DNA of 46,535 nt. It comes from Chiloscyllium plagiosum. Taxonomy: Eukaryota. Location: contig NC_057718.1 in NCBI RefSeq assembly GCF_004010195.1, forward strand, positions 56,236,387 to 56,282,921, read 5' to 3'. The notes under the pieces were generated by a model. It saw only the letters and a list, made by a program, of their open reading frames with translations. It did not search any database and was not told the origin of the DNA. Both the position numbers and the translations under genes were made by a program. This document shows, one piece after another, positions 25,181 to 37,516 of the stretch. How positions within the stretch are numbered: position 1 is the first letter of the stretch; each line of letters opens with the position of its first letter.

Positions 25181-25199
25181 CCATGAAATTGAATCCCCT

Positions 25200-28100
25200 G
25201 CTGAGACTTGCTGCCACTGAACAGTATGTTTAGTGCTAGGCTACATGCCACTATCATTTAAATTAGAAGGTAGCATGCTGCTTGCATGGTGCCTACAACA
25301 CAATGAATGGACACAATCATTACACATTATAATCCCTCACTTGTTTTCTGAGCTAATCTTGATCTCTCCCATAAAGAGTATTGAAATGCAATGCATTTTT
25401 TTAACAGAACACTGTAATGATAAGGTGAGTGTTCCCAGCCCAACCCAGAATGAAAAAGTAAGTTTGTCACAAAGTGTATTTATCCATAGCACTACACTTT
25501 ATGATTCAGAACTCACAATACTTAGCAGAGTTTATTGATATCAGTAATATAAGGGGCCTTTACACTATAAACAATACTGTCGCAGTCCTCTGGTACCAAA
25601 ATGGACAGCTGGGTAAATTAAGTCTCACAGGTTCCTTGTCTCTCTAATGGGTTTGAGGATATAACCTGCTGTTTTCTAAGTTTGGTCGTTGTTTGAACAA
25701 GAAGCACTGCTGCTCTCTGCTGAGCCAGTGTAGGATAATATGGTGCTTTGCCATTTTGACTAACAGCTGTGTGAATCCTCAAACGCCATTCCTTATAGTA
25801 AGATCATTGATGATCAACTTTAGTGGTTTTCTTGTTCACTCAATAACTGTTAATACAACCTGTTGAATGAGAATAAAGAACATAAAGGTTCTATTGAATC
25901 AATAACTGAATCTGCTGCAACTGTGGAAATGCACGTAGTTTTGCAATTGGAACAGTCCACAGCGATTAAAGATTTCATTTTTAATACATGAAAATTTAAT
26001 TTCGGTAGTATTTCCTGTAAGATTTTCAGATGCATCACAAAATGCATTTTTACATATCTTTCCACAATAAATGCTGAATTAGAACTTGCAGAAATGTTCA
26101 GTTAATATACTGCAATTCGAAAATGCCATCAATGTGATTGATCCATAGAATGGTTAAAAATATTTAGCAATCTCATAAATCATTAATTTTCCAGACTCAA
26201 TGATGGATTCACCAAAAAACTAATAAACTGAACACACAACTTGTTTTATTTTAAGGCTCCCTCATTAGATAGATTTGGAAGATGAAAACAAAAACTGAGA
26301 TAGACTGAATTAGAAAAAGAAAATTCTGGAACTATGCAGCAGAACTATTAGCATTTAGGGGGAAAAGAGAAATTGACATTTTAGATACCTTTTGTTGGAT
26401 TAAGGCACTCCTAAAAAGGGTGTGCCCTTTATGGAAGTGACTGAAATGAAGATAATACCAATCTCTGCTATGCTTCCAGAAATGAGATATTTGATATTTA
26501 TAAGCATATCTCCGTTTCAGCAGGTGATCTTATGTTATGGCTCTTATAGCTAATAAAATTCAAATGAGTTTCCAATCAGTTAATGTTAAGTATGAATGCA
26601 TTGACATTTTAGATTGTGTTTTAATGATTCCATGAAATTATTAATGAACACTATATAAATTAAAGAGTTTTTAAAGAGTATTAGCTATTGTTGTTTAGTG
26701 ACTTTTCCTGTAATAAATCCAGTTGAGCAGTGAAAATTGAGAACAAATGCAAAACATATTTCTATTTTTCTGTGTAAGCATGACTGGAATAGTTACCTGA
26801 ACTGTTTTTAACATAATTGAGTCACTGACAGTCACAAGAAGTGCATCATACATATATAAAGAACCAGGCTAGGGCTTGCATTCTGAACAAACCCTATTGG
26901 TGCATCATCTATTTTAAGCTTAATTTTATTCCCTGGAACACATGATTTTTCTTTATTTTGGTCTCTCATTCTGGCTTTTTCTAGACTTGTTCGTCGGCTA
27001 ATATTTATATTAATAAATTAGATAATGTGACAATGTATATTTTTACTGCTTCTTTTGACTTTCTTTAGTTTTCAATTTTGAAAATGTGGGGCCACAAACT
27101 AAAGAAATGAGAATTATTCAAATAATTTAAAGTTCCTAGTAATAATACCATGCTATTAGTTTTCTAGTGCAGTCACACACTCAGTTTGTAGACAATTAGA
27201 GAACAACTCTCTTTCCCCTCCAGCCATCTCAACACATCACTTTAATGGATGCCTTAAAACTCTGCAAACATTTTATTTCAGAATATATGCTACCCATGTG
27301 ATTTTTTTGTTATATTTCTTCAATTTGGAAATTGAATTTTTAAATTTGAGATGAGCCAGCACTTGCTGTGGCAAAGGTCAAACTGAGTTAAAATTAAGAC
27401 ATATATAAGTCATGCTTTATTTATAATAAAAACATTTGAAGAGTGGAGGATTTTGGAGAGAAAACGTAACTGGGCAACATTTTGATCTCAGTGGTGAATT
27501 AACTGTGCCAGTTATTATTCCAGACACAAGATTTTGCACTGGCACATGCAATGATTAGAAATCCATTTTAGCATGGCCCCCTCCACTGGGAATCTGTGAA
27601 GAATTATTAATGAGTCATGCAGAGTCTGAAGCAATCAATTCAAATATTTAACTCAATTTTACATTAGCTACAGAAAGAAATGGAAAGATAATTTAGGTTA
27701 GGATAGTGAGATAGAAGTCAAAGAAAGACATGTTAAAAAAAATTGTTGACATTTTTATATCTTCAACAATATTTCAAATCTGAAGAAATTAGACTTTGCA
27801 AAAGTTAATTTAAGTTAGACAAATAATATAAAATAGATATTGAAGCAATGCATTTTGTTCAGAATTGCAAGTCCTGGCCTGACTATTTCTGTACGTACAA
27901 TGAAACTCCTTGTGACTATTATGTGCTCAATTATATTAGAACTAGTTCATGTAACTAATCCACCTATTGCACATAGGATAATAAAAACATGTTTTGCACT
28001 TAGCTTATTTTTCAACTGGTGAATGCAGTTGTTAAAGGCAAAGTATCATCATTAAACTATAAAAAGTTAATAATATTAATAAACATATAAAATGTAATCC

Positions 28101-29040
28101 ATAATTTAAAGCATTCACAAAACAAATAAGTTGTTTGTCATTAATTAAGATCTATAAGGCCTTTAAATATTTAATTAGAATGGACAAGGCCTGGTTTCCT
28201 CTGGTGAGTTTAGTGGGCCTATATCATCTAAGTACAGTTTCACATATTTGAATGTTGAGTTCCTTGGCAAGATACATTCTCATACAGCTTCTGAAGGACA
28301 AGGAAATTTGGATGTTAACTTCCTGAGTTTCACATTTAGGTGTTCATGTGCAAGCACTGCAAATTGCTATACCACGTATATCTTAATAACAGAGAATGCA
28401 GTTACTCTCACTGTTAATTTTACAGAAAAATCTTTATTATGTATAGTTCATTTCTGCGGTTGGCACTAGCCTATTTTTTGGGGGGGGCAGAACTAAAAGT
28501 AACAACAATGCTTCTGTTGCTGTACTGACTTGTGAATATTCAACGCTAAGTGAAATTTCTTTATCATCAGCTGTAGCTAGTCAAGTTCACTTTTATTTAC
28601 AAACTTATTTCTAAGGATTGCAGTACAAGAAACATCTCTTCTATTTTTTATTGAGTGACACAATTCATTGGCTTGGTGATTTATGCTATAATCGGAAAAA
28701 ATACTCTGACAACACATGATTGGATTTCAGTGCATCTGAAGGCATTTCTACTGCCTCTGCCTCTAAAATATACCTGAACAGTTCCTGTTTGTATTAGTTC
28801 TAAAGTTCGTAAAAACAAGTCTTCAGTTGTACATGGAAAGACGTTAATTGCTCTTTTGGTAAATTCAGAGCCTTTCTTTAAAAGAGTTGCTGTATATACA
28901 ACATGCTCTTTACTAGTGTTGATTTTGTTCTCTACTACATTTTACGTTGTGATTGGTTGATCATAATCAGATCAATGCTGATTGTTATTAATGCACCTCC
29001 ATCTGTGTATTGGCGTCACTGATACTATTGTACCTCCATT
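25200..29040. promoter_or_regulatory. Transposon-free AT-rich island; candidate conserved non-coding/enhancer region
   Basis: No recognisable repeat over ~3.8 kb in an otherwise TE-saturated window. Clustered TGATTGAT, TAAATCA, TGATGGAT, TGACAG, AACAAT/AACAAAT and TAAT motifs. Function is inferred only. Confidence 0.35.
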
Positions 29041-29212
29041 AACTTATTAGTTTTAAAATAGTGATGGAAAAGGATAGACCAGATCTAAAAGTTGAAGTTC
29101 TAAATTGGAGGAAGGCCAATTTTGAAAGTATTAGGTTAAGAACTTTCAAAAGCTATTTGGGGACAGATGTTCGTAGACAAAGGGACGGCTGGAAAACGGG
29201 AAGCCTTCAGAA

Positions 29213-31284
29213 AGGAGTTGGAGATGCTAGTGTTGAACTGGGGTGTACTTTTTTTTTTAATTTCAAAATATACTTTATTCATAAAATAATTTGATAGTCT
29301 GTACAGTTGGTCATGCCATACATATGTAAACATGTACATACAGAGATCAGAATTTATCATTTTTATACCGGTCTGTACATTTTTTAATCATATGCCCATA
29401 TAATTAGCTGAAGCGTCAGCAGAGCCCAAATGACTGCATGGGCCCCCTGTTCTTCGTTAGGCAGGCAGACTTTACACAGTGGCCTTTCCCCACCACACCT
29501 TGGCGGCATCTGCCCCAAGCTTCAGCGCATCCCTCAATACGTAGTCCTGGACCTTGGAATGTGCCAGTCTGCAGCACTCAGTCGGGGTCAACTCCTTCAG
29601 CTGGAAGATCAGCAGGTTTCGGACTACCCAGAGAGCGTCCTTCACCGAGTTGATGATCCTCCAGGCACAGTTGATGTTCGTCTCGGTGTGCGTCCCGGGG
29701 AACAGACCGTAGAGCACGGAGTCCCGCGTCACGGCGCTGCTCGAGACGAACCTCGACAAATGCCACTGCATTCTTCTCCAGACTTCCTCTGCATAGGCAC
29801 ATTCCAGAAGGAGGTGTGTGACAGTCTCGTCCCCCCCGCAGCTGCTTCAAGGGCAGCGTGCAGTGCGGCTGAGAGTCCGGGCGTGCATAAAGGATCTCAC
29901 AGGCAGAGCCCTTCTCACCACCAGCCAAGCCATGTCTTGGTGCTTGTTGGAAAGTTCTGGCGATGAGGCATTCTGCCAAATGGCTTTGACAGTCTGCTCA
30001 GGGAACCGCTCGATAGGATCCGCCCTCTCCTTTTCCCGAAGGGTCTCAAGGACACTACGTGTTGAACTGGGGTGTACAAAGTTAAAAATCACACAACACC
30101 AGGTTATGGTCTAACATGTTTAATTGGAAGCACTAGCTTTTGGAGCGCTGCTCCATCATCAGGTGGTTGTGGAGTAAAAGATTGTAAGACACAGAATTTG
30201 TAGCAAAAGTTTACAGTGTGATGTAACTGAAATTATATATTGAAAAAGATCTGGATTGTTTGTTAAGTCTCCCATCTGTTAGAATAACCATGCTGGTTTC
30301 AGTTTTTCATATGTAAATTGCAAAACGTTTTTAACAAGTTACATTCTCAAGTGAACTTTAACAATTGGTGTCATGTTGGCCCAGATAATGCATTGAAGGT
30401 ATTAAAGTCCATATAGAGTCACATGTCACACTGTAGGTGACCACCATTGCACTATACACACATACAGACACTCCTACACACACAGGCACTCGTATACACA
30501 CACATACACACGGACACACATATACACAGACACGCACACAGACACTCACGCACACAAACACTCACACACACCCTCATAGACACATGCATCCTCTCAGAGA
30601 CTTAGACCACTCTACACTCACACACACATATACACTCTCTCACAGACACTCACAACCCCCCATCCTAGACACACACACACTCCCACACTCACACATGCAC
30701 TCCCTCACAGACTTAAGATACTCTACACTCACATACATACACATATACACTCTCTCACACTCACAACCCCCCAACCCAGACACACACACACACAAACAAA
30801 GACCCATATGCACACATATGCATATATTTTGTGGGGTGAATTTGTACTTGCAGAGTTATATTGTACTTTGCTGAAAAACTGCATGAATTCATGTAAAACT
30901 CTGTTATCTCACTTTTTAGATTAGAATCAATCTAAACATCATGGCATAGACAGAGAACACGGGGGCTAACACCTTCAACACATTGTCTAGCTAACACCAA
31001 CTGTTACAGCTAACCTGAGAATGCAACTTTTTAAAAATGTTTTGTGATTTACACATGAAAGAAGTGAAACTATCATGGTATTCGAACAGATGAAAGACTC
31101 AACAGACAATCAAGGTATTTTTCAATGTATAATTTCAGTTACATCACACTGTAAATTTTTACTATAAATTCTGTGCCTTACAATTGTGGCCTCCACAACC
31201 ACCGGATGAAGGAGCAGCGCTCCAAAAGCTAGTGTGCTTCAAATTAAACCTGTTGGACTATAACCTGGTGTTACGTGATTTTTT
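29213..31284. mobile_element. Large PLE-derived family-B element with diverged inverted arms and a CA-rich core
   Basis: The arms are homologous to 23625-24690. Hammerhead motifs at ~30131-30165 (-) and ~31200-31235 (+, core mutated). (CA)-rich tract at 30455-30825. Confidence 0.75.
29249..30058 (-). mobile_element. 5'-truncated Tx1-clade (L1 group) LINE: ORF2 C-terminal zinc-binding region + 3' UTR + poly(A)
   Basis: 19-bp TSD gtgttgaactggggtgtac at 29230-29248 and 30059-30077, and poly-T at 29249. Translation WLVVRRALPVRSFMHARTLSRTARCP*SSCGGDETVTHLLLEC (zf-RVT CCHC) ... VKDALWVVRN. Confidence 0.9.
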
Positions 31285-33059
31285 ACTGTGGACAAAGGAG
31301 ATGGAACATATAAAATGTGGGGAAATAGAAGATGACACCTTGAAAAATGTCGATATTACAGAGGAGGAAGTGCCGGATGTCTTGAAATACATAAAATCCC
31401 CAGGATATGATCAGGTGTACCCGAGAACTCTGTGGGAGGCTAGGGAAGTGATTGCTGGGCCCCTTGCTGAGATATTTGTATCATCAATTGTCACAGGTGA
31501 GGTGCCGGAAGACTGGAGGTTAACTAACATGGTGCCACTATTTAAGAAAGGTGATAAGGACAAGCCAGGGAGCTATAGACCAGTGAGTCTGATGTTGGTG
31601 GTCGGCAAATTATTGGAGGCAATCCCAAGGGACAGGATGTGCATATATTTGGAAAGGCAAGGACGGATGAGGGATAGTCAGCATGGCTTTGTGCATGGGA
31701 AATCATGTCTCACAAACTTGATTGAGTTTTTTGAAGAAGTAACAAAGAGGAGTGATGAGGGCAGAGTGGTGGACTTGATCTATATGGACTTCATCTGCCA
31801 CTTCTCAGCTCATTGTCCCATCTGATCAAGATTCCATTGTAATCTGAGGTAACCTTCTTCGCTGTCCACTACACCTCCAATTTTGATATCATCTGCAAAC
31901 TTACTAACTATACCTCTTATGCTCACATCTAAATCATTTATGTAAATGACATAAAGTGATGGACCCAGCACCGATCCTTGTAGCACTCCACTGGTCACAA
32001 GCCTCCAGCAAGAAAAGCAACCCTCCACCACCACTCTCTGTCTTCTATCTTTGATCCAGTTCTGTATCCAAATGGCTAGTTCTCTCTGAATTCCATGAGA
32101 TCTAACCTTGCTAACCGTTCTGCCATGGGGAACCTTGTTGAAAGCCTTACTGGAGGTTAATTTAGATAAATGTGAGGTGCTGCATTTTGGGAAAGCAAAT
32201 CTTAGCAGGGCTTATACACTTAATGGTAAGGTCTTAGGGAGTGTTGCTGAACAGAGACCTTGGAGTGCAGGTTCATAGCTCCTTGAAAGTGGAGTCGCAG
32301 GTAGGTAGGATAGTGAAGGAGGCGGTTGGTATGCTTTCCTTTATTGGTCAGAGTATTGAGTACAGGAGTTGGGAGGTCATGTTGCGGCTGTTCAGGACAT
32401 TGGTTAGGCCACTGTTGGAATATTGCGTGCAATTCTGTCTCCTTCCTATCGGAAAGATGTTGTGAAACTTGAAAGGGTTCAGAAAAGATTTACAAGGATG
32501 TTCCCAAGGTTGGAGGATCTGAGCTACAGGGAGAGGCTGAACAGGCTGGGGCTGTTTTCCCTGGAGTGTTGGAGGCTGAGGGAGCGGTGACCTTATAGAG
32601 GTTTACAAAATTATCTGAGGGGCATAGATAGGATAAATAGATAAAGTCTTTTCCCTGGGGTTGGAGAGTCCAGAACTAGAGGGCATAGGTTTAGGATGAG
32701 AGGGGAAAGATATAAAAGAGACCTAAAGGGCAACTTTTTCACACAGAGGTGGTACGTGTATGGAATGAGCTGCCAGAGGATGTGGTGGAGGCTGGTACAA
32801 TTGCAACATTTAAGAGGCATTTGGATGGGTATATGAATAGGAAAGGTTTGGAGGGTTATGGGCCAGGTGCTGGCAGGTGAGACTAGATTGGATTGGGATA
32901 TCTGGTCGGCATGGACGGGTTGGACCGAAGGGTCTGTTTCCATGCTGTACATCTCTATGACTCTATGACTATAAACTAACGATTTACACTACAAATCTAT
33001 CTTGTGCTTTAAATGAACTCTGGCAGATCATATACTACCATACTAGATCTTGGCCTTGA

Positions 33060-34030
33060 TCCGCTTGTTGATGGTGGTCTCATCTTCTCCTGATGGTCTC
33101 GTGGTGTCTCGTGGTTGGTCTCAAATTACTGCCCCTGAGGATGGTGTTGCTGCAATGTTCCAGCCCTTTTGAGAGGTCTTTAGTGTCCTCCAATTGATCA
33201 ATCAGGGCTCGATCATCCTGATTGATCAGCACCAACCAGGCATTGACATGTTGATGGTAGGGTGGGTCTCGGGTATCCATTCCTGGAAGTGTTAGGAGCA
33301 CATAGGTCAGGTAGCCCTCTCCAAAGTAGGGTGTGAGGCACCCCTGTGTCTGGCCAACAACTCGATGTTTCTGATTATCCTGGGGATGGTATTCAAGTTG
33401 TATATTGTATTGTCTGCAGCTGCTGGGCCTATACATGCTGTCTGTCTGTAGCTGCAGCCTGTCTGAGTTCTGCTGAAACTTTATTGCTGGAACAGCACAG
33501 CAGGTCAGGCAGCATCTAGGGAACAGAAGATTCGACGTTTCGGGCACATGCCCTTCTTCAGGAATGAGCAGAGAGTGTTCAGCAGGAGAAGATAAAAGGT
33601 AGGGAGGAGGGACTTGGAGGAGGGGCGTTGGAAATGTGATAGGTGGAAAGAGGTCAAGGTGAGGGTGATAGGTCGGAGTAGGGTGGAGGCGGAGAGGTCA
33701 AGAAGAAGACTGCAGGTCAGGAAGGCGGTGCCGGGCTGGAGGGATTCGGCTGAGACAAGGTGGGGGGAGGGGGGATGAAGAAACTGGTGAAGTCCAAGTT
33801 CATCCCCTGTGGTTGGAGGGTTCCCAGTCGGAAGATAAGACGCTCCTCCTCCGACCGTCGCGTTGTTGTGGTTTGGCGGTGGATGAGTCCAATGACCTGC
33901 ATATCCTCGGTGGAGTGGGAGGGGGAGTTGAAATGCTGTGCTACAGGGTGATTGGGTTGGTTCGTCCGGGTGGCCCAGAGGTTCTGCAGCATGTTTATTA
34001 GCACAATCACTTTGGTCAAGGCTTGTTTGA
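33060..34030. repeat. Unclassified interspersed repeat, copy 1 (split by a PLE insertion)
   Basis: 33238-33473 plus 33988-34005 align by eye with 45785-46032 (ggcattgacatg...ggggatggtattcaagttgtatattgtattgtctgca...ttctgcagcatgtttattagc). Confidence 0.7.
33474..33980 (-). mobile_element. 5'-truncated Penelope-like element: GIY-YIG C-terminus + pLTR with hammerhead
   Basis: NQPNHPVAQHFNSPSHSTEDMQVIGL...EEERLIFRLGTLQPQGMNLDF; flanking gttctgc repeats at 33467-33473 and 33981-33987; hammerhead at ~33533-33563 on the - strand. Confidence 0.9.
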
Positions 34031-35942
34031 AGTTCTCAGCATGCCTCATTTATTGTTCATTTTCATAATCCCATCTGGCCACAGAGGTATTCCATAAAGC
34101 AGTCAGCTGGTCTGTGGAGGAGATTGCATTTTAATCAGAAGATGCAGTATTCCAATTTGAAAGAAGTACAATTTGTAATGAGATATGTTATCTAAAATAT
34201 TAATTGAGAATGTCATCAACTGGACATTTATCTTTATATTTGACTTTTTCCCAAAAAATCTTTGCAAAGCAAAGGATACTGACTGCAGGAGGACAAAATG
34301 TTACATTTGCAAAGAACACAAGCTGCTTAACTGGAGTTAATGAGTCAACACTGCTTTCAGATAGAGATCACATCACCCGATTTGTGGGTTTAACAAAGCT
34401 ATTGCATTTGAACACAGATACTTATACAGATAACTTATCTGGAGCAACATTCTCTGCTCTCTTTTTTGCTCTGAAATCCCCTCATCAAACTATACAAGGT
34501 GAAAACCAACTAGAAGGTCTCAGAAGCACAAATGTAGGGCTTTCAGGAGAATTCAAAATCTAAACCACATCGTCCAAAAAAGCAAATTCATCCAGCCCTT
34601 ACTGATGGGGGGAGACACCCCAGAATCAACAGCTTGTGTGCAAAATGACTTTGGCTGCAGGTCAATATTTGAACAATCTGTGAACAATTCTTTTGTCCTG
34701 AGCTTAATTGTAACTTGGTTAAAGTAGTTTTAAGAAAACACTGCAAAGTTTTAATTTTTTTCCCAGTCTCGGAGTGAGGTTTGTATGTATGCATGATCTC
34801 TGCTCAAGTAAGCTTTATGTGCAATATAGTAGTTATTTATTTATTACTTAAGGAGGAACCTGGCTGACTAGTTTCTGATACGTACTATGTACAGTTTAAT
34901 ATATAATTGGCAATATCACCTCCTACTTTTAAGTTAAACTTTATTTTAATCAGTGGAGGAGTGGGGGCAAGGACAAGAATCAAACCACCCCAACTGTAGC
35001 AAAGTAATGAAAGTAAATAATGTTTAACTCAGAAGAAGAGTCTTGGACTGTGTGAAGGGAGGAAGTAAAAGGGAAGGTATCGTTTCTTACTCACATGATA
35101 AGGTGCTTTTGGAAGTTGGGTGTGAGAAAATTAAGTGGACCAGAGTGTTGTGGAGGGAATAGTTCTTTTGGAATGCTGAAAGACGAGGAAAGGAGAAGGG
35201 TTTATTTTGTGATTCAATCAAACTGTAAATAGTGGATATAGTGGTGGATGATCTGTTGTTTAAAGAGGCTAGGAAGGTACAAGATGAAGACAAGCCAAAT
35301 CTTTTGTGGCTCTAGGCTGGTGAAAGCAGAAGTGTGTGAAATGGAAATGTAGACCAAGCTGAGAGTGAATCCCTGTTTAAGGAGAAACAGAACATATCAA
35401 AATGCTACTATAGAAGGTCACATCATCAGGACAGATAAAGCAGAGTTGAGAAACTGGGAAAAAAGAAAACTGTACAAGGTGCACGTTTTGGGGAAGTGTG
35501 GTCAAGGTAGTTGTGGGACCCTGTGGTCCTATCCTGAATATTGTTTGATAATGAAGACCAAGAAGTTGACAAATAAAATGGAGGATGAAGATGATCCTAG
35601 AGCTGGCAAGAGAAAGGTGAAAATTGGAAACAAAATTGATGAAATTTTCCAATGGAAGGAAATGATACCAGCCATTAGATTTCAAGTTTGATTGAACAAG
35701 CAATTTCCATTTTGAAACACAAGAGGACATTAAAATCAAGTCAGAACATTGATCACTGTATAACAGCAGCAGCAATCCAGAGTATACTACAGATATTTTT
35801 AATCAATGCAAATGGACGAACTCAACAAAATCCAGATGCATAAACCAATTGCAAAAACATATAGGATAATAACTTCTGGTTTTCAGTAATTAGAATTCTG
35901 TGAAATGGAAGCTAGGTCTTTATCTGAATGGGTCTCTCAGTT

Positions 35943-37045
35943 AGAGTCATAGAGTCATTGAGATGTACAGCATGGAAACAGACCCTTCGGTCCAACTCTT
36001 CCATGCCGACCAGATATCCCAACCCAATCTAGTCCCATCTGCCAGCACCCAGCCCATATCCCTCCAAACCCTTCCTATTCATATACCTATCCAGATACCT
36101 TTTAAATGTTACTATTGTACTAGCCTCCATCACTTTCTCTGGCAGCTCATTCCATATACGTACCAACCTTTGTGTGAAAAAGTTGCCCTTTAGGTCTCTT
36201 TTATATCTTTCCCCTCTGTGGGTTATAGATGAATTAATGTTATTTCTGCAAATTATAAGTTCTGATACAGAGTAAATGAATTCACATTAGTCTGTGATTG
36301 TTTCTTAGCTAAGAGCTGAGTTAACAAGAATGGGAACTACATAGAGGAAGTATATAATCCGTTAAAAATGATATGTCAGCATGAGACGTGATTACAGAAC
36401 AATGGTAGAAATACAGGCACTAGATAAAATGCTGTGAAAAGAGGCCTTTATAAACATCTGTTTCCCTGTTGTACAGAGACACAGGAACAAACCCCAATTA
36501 AAAGGGCTTAGTGATAAGATGCTGTGAGGGGCAGCGCAGATGGAGGGAGCAGATAATGGTAAGCAAAGGATGGGATGACGTCAAACAACGTCAGAGATAG
36601 GCATTTGTCACGGACAAGGCCGGATAAACAGAAGTTGTGGGATCAGTCTTAAGGAAATGAATGACGTAAGCGGAGGATGGGGGCAAACAATGGAATAAGA
36701 AAAAATATGGGGATTCAAACTGTATAAATTTCGAGAGTTTGTTGGATTTGATGTGCATTTGTCATTGCCTTACCTGGCATTAGACATGGCACCCACTTGC
36801 AAGTGTACAAATAAACGACACTGTTTCAGATTTTTGGTCTCGGACTGAAATTATTGAAGTGAGTGAGCTTTTGTTTCTCACACCCTCTCACCCTAATACC
36901 ATCAAAATTGACCTTGATCCAATTTAGAACTTCAACTTTTAGATCTGTCCTATCCTTTTCCATCACTATTTTAAAACGAATAGAATTATGGTCGCTGGCC
37001 CCAAAGTGCTCCCCCACTGACACCTCAGTCACCTGCCCTGCCTTA
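35943..37045 (-). mobile_element. Internally deleted CR1 (3' tail joined to EN-domain fragment), host of a solo LTR
   Basis: Tail at 35943-36216 resumes at 36883-36896, then jumps to TEVSVGEHFGASDHNSIRFKIVMEKDR (36897-37045). Confidence 0.85.
36217..36882 (+). mobile_element. Solo LTR (666 bp)
   Basis: Termini TGTGGG...CTCACA; 5-bp TSD ccctc at 36212-36216 and 36883-36887, whose removal restores the CR1 sequence cccctctcaccctaa. TGACGTCA 36576-36583, TATAAA 36723-36728 and AATAAA 36810-36815 occur in U3-R-U5 order. Confidence 0.88.
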
Positions 37046-37516
37046 TAGGGTGTTCTATTGTTATAATATTAATTGTGTCAAATAAATGAATATTACTTAT
37101 TTTTATTATTGTTAAGCAGTTCTTCTGCTAGTTATGAGTTAAAACACACCGTTTGGCAAGTGCAACCTGATAGGACCTCGATAAGAAGTAAATTTGTTGC
37201 TCCGAGATCAAATCCTGCAGGACCTAATATTCCTTGAGATTTTGCCTGAGCCGGTTGTTAAAGAGGACAGCTGTCCCACACAAAGGCCAGGAATTCCAGT
37301 AAGTTGAAGGGAATAGAAAGGTCTACATTGAACTGTTCTTTAAAAGACAAAGCCAACAGTTGTTTACTCTGATCAAGCAAACGACTGTTTCCTTTGCATG
37401 TGTGTGTGGGATCCTTTGTGGGATAGGTAAGGTAAAGCACCGAAAGTCGGTAGAGACCCAGTGGGATTAGGACTGGAACGTACCTTCAGTCTGGTTCACC
37501 CCTTACTTAATCAAGA

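Larger units (their letters stand above)
29045..32970 (+). mobile_element. CR1 ORF2 pseudogene interrupted by a PLE element and containing an internal inversion
   Basis: MEKDRPDLKVEVLNWRKANF (29061), GSYRPVSL and DLIYMDF (31285-31791), inverted RT core 31792-32152, then 3' part and (ctctatga)n tail to ~32970. Confidence 0.9.

Noticed and set aside
30437..30874. His/Thr-rich 145-aa ORF
   Set aside because: Translation of a CA-rich low-complexity tract inside a PLE-derived element.
34204..34563. 119-aa ORF in non-repetitive sequence
   Set aside because: No recognisable domain, non-ATG start in the track, and no convincing splice signals.
36217..36882. Solo LTR as the native 5' LTR of the downstream ERV
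   Set aside because: It has its own TSD on both sides and is followed by resumed CR1 sequence rather than a primer-binding site, so it is a separate insertion.
37150..37180. tggcaagtgcaacctgataggacc as primer-binding site
   Set aside because: The position is plausible (TGG after an AATAAA-containing AT-rich stretch), but I cannot match it to a specific tRNA 3' end.
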